From: Myxococcota bacterium
GTDB taxonomy: Bacteria; Myxococcota_A; SURF-8
Reading direction: 5' to 3'
NCBI GenBank assembly: GCA_965140415.1
Contig: OZ223209.1
Coordinates: 5,856,001 to 5,920,000, forward strand
DNA length: 64,000 nucleotides
Positions 37,091 through 45,141 of this stretch are shown piece after piece. The notes under the pieces are model-generated. The model made no database searches, was not told the DNA's origin, and saw only the letters and a list, made by a program, of their open reading frames with translations. The position numbers were made by a program, and so were the translations under genes. How positions within the stretch are numbered: position 1 is the stretch's first letter; each line of letters begins with the position of its first letter.

Positions 37091-39228
37091 ACATCGGTTC
37101 CGATACACTGGGTGCCGGTCTGGCAGCTTCGTAAAGCCCAGTAATTGCAACCGGTGTTGCTGTTGGGCTGGCAGACCTCGAAGTGGTCCGGGTCGTCGGC
37201 GATGCAGCGCTTCTGGTTTAACGTGCAGCTTACTTCACAGATGCACTCGCCGTTACTGCACACGGTGGTGCTTGGACAATAGCTGGTGGACCAGTACAGG
37301 CAGCCGTAATAGTCTTCGGTGCATTCGTAAATGATGTCCTGATCGTCGCTGGAGCAGCGGGTGGCTCCTTCTGTGCATTCATTGACGCATTCGCATTCTC
37401 CGCTTACGCAGCTTTGACCGGAAGGACAACTGCGCGGGGAGCTGTACTCCAGGCAGTAGTCGTTGTCGTAGTCGTCGCAGATCAAATAGCTGATCGGTGC
37501 CTCGGTGTCGTCCGGGTCGCAGATTCGCGTGTCTTCCGTGCATTCGTTGCGGCAGGGGGCGATACAGGTGTTGTCTTTGCCGCAATCGGGTTTGGCGATA
37601 GTGGTACAATCGCTGTCGCTCAAGCATTCAACGCATTCATGGTCATCCGGGTGGCAGCGCGTACTGCCGTCGCAGTGGCTGTCGGAGAGGCACTCCCAGC
37701 AGTTTCCGCTGCTCGTGTTGCAGTGCCAGTCGCTGGGGACACAGTCACTGTCGCTCTGGCAATCGATGCACAGATAATCGTAAGGATCGCAGGCGGTGCC
37801 CTGACAATGCGAATCCTGCTGGCATTCGTAGCAGCCCTCCTCGATGCATAACCAGCGATCAGCATTGAGGCAGACAGGCAGACCGAAGGCGCAACTGCTG
37901 ATGCATTCCCTTGTCAACGGATCGCACATTTCAAGACCCAGCGTATACAGCAGGCAGTCTTCGTTCTGGGAGCAGGAGGAACTTGGCAGCGCCGTACATT
38001 GCGCCAGGTTGGGGTGGCAGTACTGACCGTTGGGACAATCCGTGTCGGACCCGCAACCGCTTTCAACGCAACTGCCGTTGATGCAGTTTAAATCGCCGCT
38101 GCAATGATCGTCGGTCAGGCATTGTACGCAGGCTCCGGTACCAACGTGGTTACAGTGCAAATTGTTGGCGCAATCCGCATCGGTCTCGCAACCGGGCAGG
38201 CATTGTGCTTCGACACAGACCTTGCCTGCGCCGCAGTCCGATTTTTCGATACACTGAACGCATTCACCGGTATCGGGCAGACAAACGGGCTTATCCGCCG
38301 GGCATTCGATGCGCGAGCAGTCGATCTTGCAGGCATGATCCAAACAGACCAGGTTGCCGTCGCAATGCTCGTCCAAGACGCATTCATAGCAACCGCCATG
38401 CGTTCCCGCTCTGGGATCGCAAACCAGTGGTGTGGGACAATCTCGCGCGCTGCGGCAGCCTTCGATGCAGGCGTTGTCTTCGCAGATGCGACCGATACTG
38501 CAATGAGCGTCGGTGCGGCACTGCATGCAAACCCCATTATCCGAGTCGCAATAGGGCGTATTCGTGAAGGAGGCGCAATCGCTGTCGCGCTCGCAGATGA
38601 ACGCACAACTGTAATTGATGCAGCGCTCGTTACCTTCCAAGCAATGGTCGTCGGTTTTACATTGCACGCAACGCCCGTGAGCGTCCAGACTCGTTTCGCA
38701 AATGTAAGGCTGGGGACAATCCCGGTCGCTTTCACAACCGGCCACGCAGTGACTGTCGATGCAGAGTTCCCCCATCTGGCAATCGCCGTGCGTACGGCAG
38801 TCCGGGGTTACTTCATCGCCGTCTGGCTGAACCTGATCGCCATCGGGTTGGATCTGGTCGCCGTCCGGCTGGATCTGATCGCCATCGGGTTGGATCTGAT
38901 CACCGTCCGGCTGCGTCTGATCGCCATCCACCGGAACGATGGGAATGCATACGCCATCGGTGCAGGTATAACCCGGGTTGCAGTCCATGGAACTCGTACA
39001 ACCCGCTTGACAGTGACCGAATATACAACGATGCCCGGCAGGACAATCCGCCGAATTGACGCAGGAATTCGTGGCTTGTTCCTGCTCGATTTCGATTTCT
39101 TCCTCTTCGTCTCCGTCCACGAAAGAATTGAAATCCGTTTTCGAGCTTTCGCATCCGACAAGATTACATAACAGGAAAATCGACAAGACTCCGACCAAGA
39201 CCAGCAACGGGCGCGCCTGTTTCTTCAT
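37078..39228 (-). CDS. Cys-rich repeat lipoprotein (C-x3-DC/HC-x4-C-x4-C repeats)
   Basis: Lipobox NLVGC, acidic DGD linker, many CxxDxDC/CVxCxxDxHC repeats; GAGG RBS. Confidence 0.85.
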   Translation of the reverse strand: MKKQARPLLVLVGVLSIFLLCNLVGCESSKTDFNSFVDGDEEEEIEIEQEQATNSCVNSADCPAGHRCIFGHCQAGCTSSMDCNPGYTCTDGVCIPIVPVDGDQTQPDGDQIQPDGDQIQPDGDQIQPDGDQVQPDGDEVTPDCRTHGDCQMGELCIDSHCVAGCESDRDCPQPYICETSLDAHGRCVQCKTDDHCLEGNERCINYSCAFICERDSDCASFTNTPYCDSDNGVCMQCRTDAHCSIGRICEDNACIEGCRSARDCPTPLVCDPRAGTHGGCYECVLDEHCDGNLVCLDHACKIDCSRIECPADKPVCLPDTGECVQCIEKSDCGAGKVCVEAQCLPGCETDADCANNLHCNHVGTGACVQCLTDDHCSGDLNCINGSCVESGCGSDTDCPNGQYCHPNLAQCTALPSSSCSQNEDCLLYTLGLEMCDPLTRECISSCAFGLPVCLNADRWLCIEEGCYECQQDSHCQGTACDPYDYLCIDCQSDSDCVPSDWHCNTSSGNCWECLSDSHCDGSTRCHPDDHECVECLSDSDCTTIAKPDCGKDNTCIAPCRNECTEDTRICDPDDTEAPISYLICDDYDNDYCLEYSSPRSCPSGQSCVSGECECVNECTEGATRCSSDDQDIIYECTEDYYGCLYWSTSYCPSTTVCSNGECICEVSCTLNQKRCIADDPDHFEVCQPNSNTGCNYWALRSCQTGTQCIGTDVCPY
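38803..38928 (-). repeat. Intragenic 21-nt tandem repeat x6 encoding DGDQxQP
   Basis: DGDQTQP DGDQIQP DGDQIQP DGDQIQP DGDQVQP DGDEVTP, with synonymous codon variation. Confidence 0.9.
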
Positions 39229-39531
39229 GATAAACCTCAAATGATGCGTGATAGGTGTAAGCGGCCTGACCCGATCGATTCGGTGAACAGACTAATACTC
39301 TACCTATCATACACCGAGACCATCGTCAATTTCAGAACTTGAAACTCTGAAAATAGTAGATGAACGGGTCAACCCCTGAATATTTCTAAGATATTCTCAG
39401 TGGATTTGATTTGTCGGAGATTGCTGGAAAACTCCATGAAAATGCAGGTTGAATTCGGATTTTCGGCATTTGCGAAATGGGCAAGGTTGGAATCACGTTT
39501 GGGGAAAAGCGGGTTAACCGCAAGGAAAACC

Positions 39532-39560
39532 TTGACAATTTCTGCAATTACTGATAAACA
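39532..39560 (+). promoter_or_regulatory. Putative sigma70 promoter
   Basis: TTGACA-N17-TAAACA upstream of the small Cys-rich gene. Confidence 0.45.
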
Positions 39561-39691
39561 CGCTGGCCTATTGATCCGATGACCGGACCGGGTCAACTTT
39601 TTACATTCAAAGCCTGATGATCCGGTCGGAATTCGAGTTCAGCGCCGCACGGTCAAAGGATCGCGCGTCGAATACAGGAAAGGAAATCGTT

Positions 39692-39949
39692 ATGATCACG
39701 AGAGAAATGCGAGTCGGCGGCAAACTTCGCAAATTTGAATGCTACCCCATCATCGAAAAATGTGAAGGCTGTAGCCATGCGGCAGTCGAAGGGGAAGCCA
39801 GCTACTGCGATACCTACGCGAAACCGGATTTCCAGTGGAAAAACGGCAACTGCATTGCCTCCACCCACATCGAGCATCATATCGTCAGTGCGGCAGAGCA
39901 GAAGGTCAACCCGTTGAAGGCCAGTAAGCGCGCCAGCCGCGGTCGCTAA
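39692..39949 (+). CDS. PxxKW-family small cysteine-rich protein
   Basis: PIIEKCEGC...YCDTYAKPDFQWKNGNCIASTH...KVNPLKASKR, the pattern of the deltaproteobacterial PxxKW family; AAGGAA RBS. Confidence 0.8.
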   Translation: MITREMRVGGKLRKFECYPIIEKCEGCSHAAVEGEASYCDTYAKPDFQWKNGNCIASTHIEHHIVSAAEQKVNPLKASKRASRGR

Positions 39950-39975
39950 ACCAGCGATTTCAATACGTTTCTGTT

Positions 39976-40005
39976 AAAGGCGAACCGGATCGGTTCGCCT
40001 TTTTT
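39976..40005 (+). terminator. Rho-independent terminator
   Basis: AAAGGCGAACCG-GAT-CGGTTCGCCTTT followed by a T-run. Confidence 0.85.
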
Positions 40006-40331
40006 ATGTGCTTTTTATGGCAGGAAACGTTTAGACCGGTTCTCAATCATTTTCAGCCACAGATTCTGTGAGTTTTGTGCCATAGTCTTACTCGATCCTA
40101 GATCGTGGAAGGCTGTGTGTCTTCAATAAGTTACACACGTTTTCCCGGAATTTCCATTCCGTGAGACCATGGCACATCATGATTAGAAATAGGCAACACC
40201 AGTTTTGCCACCTGCACAACGAAAACGAGGCGGAGAATCCAGATATTCTCCAGACTCGCCGCCTCGCCATTCTCTGCTAGCGTGGAACTCGGCTCCACAC
40301 TAGAAAATCATCGGAACTGGATCTCGAACCG

Positions 40332-41495
40332 TCACTGTTTCTCCAGCACCATGAAATCGGTGACTTGATCGTCATCGCTCATCATCGTCCATTCAGCATA
40401 CAGCATGTTGCCGTCTACGCAGTACTGGGCGGTGCTGGTGTTTTCTTTTCCGTCCACGGTGGCCGTCACGGTGACTTCATTCCCGCTGGTGGTGTAGGTG
40501 CCTTCCACATCGATGGGATAGCTTTTACCCTCGTCGTCCGCTTTTTCGCAGCTACAGGCATTGTCGGCGTAGGTACAGGTGCCCATTTCGGCGTGCTCCT
40601 GGGCGAAATTGCAAACGCCCTGCGGTGTGGGATCAGATGCCATCATCGGATCTTCAGCGAGCAATTCCAGGCAGTCCTGATCGAAGCTCCAGAAATAGGA
40701 ATTCATGGCAAACACGAGATTCTCGGTAAAGGAACCATCGCTGTTCATGACCAGGGTTCCGGTCAAGGTGGTATCCACGCCGACTACGCCGTCTTCGCAT
40801 TCGGGACCGAGTTCCGCCCAGGGATTTTCGGTGTTGCCGAATGTGCCGGACATACACAGGGTTTGCACCTGCCAGGTTCCGGTAATATCACCGCCGCAGC
40901 CTTCGAAATTCGTGTCCTGACAGACTTCATCCGTCGTATTGATCACCATTCCGTCATCGGTGAAATAAATGACGTAGCGCGAGAAATGAGAAACGTCGCC
41001 GCTGACTTTACCGTCGGCAAGCGCCGAGCCTTCGACTTCGTTCCAGACATCATCTTCCAATACCGCCAGAACGGCCTTCTTGCCTTCCGGTACGCTGTCG
41101 GAAAACTCCAAGGATAGTGTCACCGGGCTGGAGAACTGGGTTCCATCCGGGCCGAATTCAAAGACGTAACTTCCCAATGCCGATGCCTCCGGGAAGTCAT
41201 CGACCGCCAGGGTATCTACGCTTAGTTCCTTGTCGGCGTCCAGCGCTCCGGCAGGAACCGTCAAGCTCGCACTGCCCGATCCGGTCGCCAAGGTTCCGCC
41301 ATCGGCGGCACTGATGGTTTCCGATGCGCTTTCGCCGACCTCGCCGGAATAGGTGATATCGCCATCGGCGCTGTCGCCGTCTGCGCTGTTGCCATCCGTT
41401 GTGTTGTTATTATCGTCATCAGAACCGCAAGCCACACATAAACAAAGACTTGCAAACAGTACTACCCATACAAGCAACGCTTTCTTCGTCATCAT
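40332..41495 (-). CDS. Lipoprotein with ZU5-like domain and Cys-containing C-terminal domain
   Basis: Lipobox CVAC-GSDDD; GGTL..ASLTVPAGAL...FGPDGTQFSSPVTL...VSHFSRY resembles bacterial ZU5-like domains. Confidence 0.65.
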   Translation of the reverse strand: MMTKKALLVWVVLFASLCLCVACGSDDDNNNTTDGNSADGDSADGDITYSGEVGESASETISAADGGTLATGSGSASLTVPAGALDADKELSVDTLAVDDFPEASALGSYVFEFGPDGTQFSSPVTLSLEFSDSVPEGKKAVLAVLEDDVWNEVEGSALADGKVSGDVSHFSRYVIYFTDDGMVINTTDEVCQDTNFEGCGGDITGTWQVQTLCMSGTFGNTENPWAELGPECEDGVVGVDTTLTGTLVMNSDGSFTENLVFAMNSYFWSFDQDCLELLAEDPMMASDPTPQGVCNFAQEHAEMGTCTYADNACSCEKADDEGKSYPIDVEGTYTTSGNEVTVTATVDGKENTSTAQYCVDGNMLYAEWTMMSDDDQVTDFMVLEKQ

Positions 41496-41753
41496 TCTCT
41501 CCCTATGGTTGGACTTCGTTGAGTAGTCGCCCCCTATTGCGACCCTTCCATTATTTTTTTTATTTAGAGTAAAACACAAGGAGGAAAAAGTAAATTACAA
41601 AAGTTTACAAATAACAAACGTTACGAGAGTGAAACGACATTACATCCCAAATCATGCTTGTACCAAATCACGACATAAACGAGAACCGGGGCGCGTCAAT
41701 AATGTACAGGTTGACGGCCCCGGATGGTTTAACTTGTTGTAATAATGCGATAT

Positions 41754-43163
41754 TTATCCACGCGAGGTGGTGGAGTCGGAGCGACCGGCAGAACCGGATT
41801 TACTCCTGCGAGGACGGTACTCCCCAAAACGATTGGAACGACGGCCACCATTCGAGCCGGATTTTTTGGAGGGATTTCCCGAGCGGCGATGCGGCGCACC
41901 GCCTTCGCGTTCCGGTCTGCTACTGCGAGAAGATCCACCGGAAGGCTTCCTTCGTCCCGGACGACCGGAGGGGCGAGGTGCTTGCGCTTTCGCTTGTGAT
42001 TCTGCACTATTCTGCGGAACGACTGGCGCGCGATACGAAAGTTGAGGCGTTTTCTGCGCCAGGATGCGTCGCCGAATCAGGCGCTCGATCGAGGCCAGCA
42101 GCGAGCGCTCGTCCTGGCTGCAAAAGGAAAATGCAATTCCGCTGGCTCCGGCGCGCCCGGTGCGTCCGATGCGATGCACGTAGGATTCCGAGTCGGCAGG
42201 CAGATCGAAATTGAATACATGCGTGACCTGATCGATATCCAACCCGCGTGAGGCAATATCAGTGGCGACCAGCACCCGCGAAACTCCGGTTTTAAAGTCG
42301 CTCAGCGCCTGTTCCCGTCGGTTCTGAGATTTATTGCCGTGAATGGCGGCGGCGGTTATCCCGGCCTGGCCAAGCTTGCGCACCACCTTATCCGCGCCAT
42401 GCTTGGTGCGGGTAAAGACCAATGCACGGCTGATGTCCTGATCGTCGAGCATGTGCACAAGCAGATTGATTTTATTCGGTTTTTCAACGAAAAACACGGA
42501 TTGATCGATGCTCTCCACCGTGGTTGCGGGTGGCGTGACACTCACTGTGATCGGATCGGTTAAAATGCCATTGGCCAGTTTCACGATACTGGGAGGCAAG
42601 GTCGCGGAAAACAGCAAGGTTTGTCGCTGTTTCGGCACCGTTGCGATGACGCGCCGGATATCGTGGATGAACCCCATATCCAACATGCGGTCGGCTTCGT
42701 CGAGCACGAGATATTCAACAGAAGTGAGATCCACATATCCCTGATTCATCAGATCCAACAAACGCCCCGGAGTCGCCACCAGAATATCCACGCCGCTCTG
42801 TAGTGTGCGTACTTGGGGATTTTGATTGACTCCACCGAAAATCACGGTGGTGCGAGTACCCACATTGCGTCCGTAATCGTTGAAACTCTGTCCGATCTGA
42901 GAGGCAAGCTCACGGGTGGGAGCCAGTGCCAATACGCGAATCCGGCGTGGGCCGCGAGCGGGTTTTGCTCGACCCAGACGTTGCAGAATAGGCAGGGCGA
43001 ACGCGGCGGTTTTGCCGGTGCCGGTCTGGGCGCAGCCCATGACATCCTTGCCTTCCAACACGTGCGGAAAGGACAACTGCTGGATTTTTGTAGGTTCCTG
43101 GTATCCTTGCTGACGAATGGACTTCAAAATGGGAGAAGAAAAAGAAAACTCGGTAAACAACAT
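41754..43163 (-). CDS. rhlE: DEAD-box RNA helicase (RhlE-like)
   Basis: [37 protein letters not shown]; basic G/R-rich C-terminal tail. Confidence 0.9.
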   Translation of the reverse strand: MLFTEFSFSSPILKSIRQQGYQEPTKIQQLSFPHVLEGKDVMGCAQTGTGKTAAFALPILQRLGRAKPARGPRRIRVLALAPTRELASQIGQSFNDYGRNVGTRTTVIFGGVNQNPQVRTLQSGVDILVATPGRLLDLMNQGYVDLTSVEYLVLDEADRMLDMGFIHDIRRVIATVPKQRQTLLFSATLPPSIVKLANGILTDPITVSVTPPATTVESIDQSVFFVEKPNKINLLVHMLDDQDISRALVFTRTKHGADKVVRKLGQAGITAAAIHGNKSQNRREQALSDFKTGVSRVLVATDIASRGLDIDQVTHVFNFDLPADSESYVHRIGRTGRAGASGIAFSFCSQDERSLLASIERLIRRRILAQKTPQLSYRAPVVPQNSAESQAKAQAPRPSGRPGRRKPSGGSSRSSRPEREGGAPHRRSGNPSKKSGSNGGRRSNRFGEYRPRRSKSGSAGRSDSTTSRG

Positions 43164-43503
43164 AAAATAGTACCTATCTTTACCTTGATTCGTTCAAGGT
43201 TAACGGCAAACAAAGCCTGCATCGAAGATAATCTGGGGGTGTTTTTGCTTGGCCCAGAGGCGTGAGATCTCACGCAAAATCGCTGGAGGGTCGCCTGCGG
43301 ATGGTCAGCACACTACACGCTTTTATGGGGAATGTCAATGTTTAAATAATATTACATTCAAGATGGGTGCATCACAAGAAGTTGCAAACCTGTCTGATTT
43401 TAGGGTGGCGCGGGCTAAGCCGCAGGCTTGCCCGTGTTCGAGATCCATATGGGCAAGCGTCGTTTCTCTTCGCTTGGCCCATGATTCCATAAGGGAGGGC
43501 TGA

Positions 43504-43894
43504 CCTCACAAGGTCGATGGCATCATCGCCGAACTGGGAGGAGATCCGCACGTGTATCCTGCCGACGAGGTGGCCAGCAAAACCCGCTTAAAAAAAGAAA
43601 AAGACCGACGCCCGCGACGCGCAGGATCTGTGTACGAATCTGCGTACCGGTGCGCTTTTACGGGAAGTACGATTGCCTCCCGAATCGATGCGGAAATTGC
43701 GTTCGGTGCTGAGAACTCGACAGTTACAGGTGAAAATCATGACCCAGGCGAGAAACGCGGCCAAAGCGCTCTTGCGGGAATACGGACTGGCCGGTGCCTC
43801 TGGAAGTTTGACGACCGAAAGCGCCTGGAAGCAACGTCTGCTGCAAGTCATGCCGACCGAGATCAAAACGCTGGTCGAGGCGCATTTCAAATAA
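43504..43894 (+). pseudogene. IS110-family transposase remnant (5'-deleted, frameshifted, 3'-truncated)
   Basis: Frame A reads ...IIAELGGDPHVYPADEV..; a +1 shift in the A-run at 43590-43596 leads to KKKTDARDAQDL...LRSVLRTRQLQVKIMTQARNAAKALLREYG. KTDxxDA plus the coiled coil is typical of IS110 DEDD transposases. Confidence 0.75.
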
Positions 43895-44195
43895 TGCTCA
43901 CTCTAAATGAAAAACGCGGTCAGTTTCGGACCAAAAAAATGTCCGAGCTGTAACTACGGCAAAAAGAAAGTCTCATTCCTATATTCCATCGAAAAGACTG
44001 GATTTTACGCAATAGTCAAATTCGTGAAAGTGCTATCCAACAAAGAACCTCGTGCAATTTCCAGAAACCATCCGGTTTTGGCCTTGAAGCTCATAATCGG
44101 ATTATGGTAAAGTGAACACTGTACACGGGTGAGAAACTCTCCCCAACGGGAATCGGGGAGCATCCAAGTTCAAAGGGGGAAAGCGAGGTGGCCCA

Positions 44196-44711
44196 ATGGC
44201 GCAGCGTGTCTGCATCCTTTGCGAGCAGGATTTCCAGGATCTGGAAGTACTGTATCCGAAGTTGCGACTGATCGAGGCGGGCTATGACGTGGTCGTGGCC
44301 GGTCTTGGAGAGAAGGAATACAAGGGAAAATACGGCTATCCGGTCAACGCCGACGCCGACCTGCGCACGTTGGATGCCGCCGATTTCGACGCCTTCGTGG
44401 TGCCCGGTGGCTGGGCGCCAGATTTCCTGCGCCGAACACCGCACGCCGCTGCACTGCTTTCGCAAGCGAATCAGGCCGGAAAGCTGATCGCCGCCATCTG
44501 TCACGGCGGCTGGCTGTTGGCATCCGCGGATATTTTAAAAGGAAAAACGATTACCAGCTTTTTTGCGATCCAGCACGATCTGCAAAATGCCGGTGCAAGC
44601 TGGGTGGATCGAGCCGTCGTGGTGGACGGCAATCTCATCAGTTCCCGCACGCCCGATGATCTGCCCTATTTCATGAAAGCCATCTTGGAATGGCTGGAGG
44701 AACACTCATGA
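44196..44711 (+). CDS. pfpI: PfpI/DJ-1 family (type 1 glutamine amidotransferase-like) protein
   Basis: FQDLE, VPGGWAPD, AICHGG, SSRTPDDL. Confidence 0.9.
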   Translation: MAQRVCILCEQDFQDLEVLYPKLRLIEAGYDVVVAGLGEKEYKGKYGYPVNADADLRTLDAADFDAFVVPGGWAPDFLRRTPHAAALLSQANQAGKLIAAICHGGWLLASADILKGKTITSFFAIQHDLQNAGASWVDRAVVVDGNLISSRTPDDLPYFMKAILEWLEEHS

Positions 44712-45001
44712 CGACGACGCAAGAAGAACAGGAATTGGTCTTTCAACCACAGGGAGTTGTGGAAGACCTCCAGGGGCGCGTGGCCGGATTCTGGATCCGA
44801 CGACGCAAAGGCGTTCGCGACACCTATCTTTTCGAAAAGCCGGTGGCGCGTGTAAAACCGTATCGCCTGGAGTACAAGACCATCATGGTGGATGGCGAAG
44901 TCTATCACGATGTGCCGGTTAAGGTGTACCCCGAAATCAACAGCCTGACACACTGGGGCAAGTATCCCAAGCGTCAGAAAGGTCGTCGGGGACGCGCCTG
45001 A
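44708..45001 (+). CDS. Small hypothetical protein, translationally coupled to pfpI
   Basis: GGAGG RBS and ATGA overlap; ends at a CGCCTG-AAAG-CAGGCG hairpin. Confidence 0.6.
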   Translation: MTTTQEEQELVFQPQGVVEDLQGRVAGFWIRRRKGVRDTYLFEKPVARVKPYRLEYKTIMVDGEVYHDVPVKVYPEINSLTHWGKYPKRQKGRRGRA

Positions 45002-45141
45002 AAGCAGGCGAAACGACGGTGTTTTTTCCGATTATTGACTAAAAGTCACCTTTTGTGGTGACACGGCGTCAACGTGAACGCTCCAGTAGCACTCCAACCG
45101 GTTCCAAACCAGCCAACTGTCGGAGTATCCGACAACCAGTC

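Noticed and set aside
43589-43597. Programmed -1 frameshift at TAAAAAAAG in the IS110 remnant
   Set aside because: Joining the two homologous segments needs a +1 shift, and the gene is truncated at both ends; a homopolymer insertion or sequencing error is more likely.
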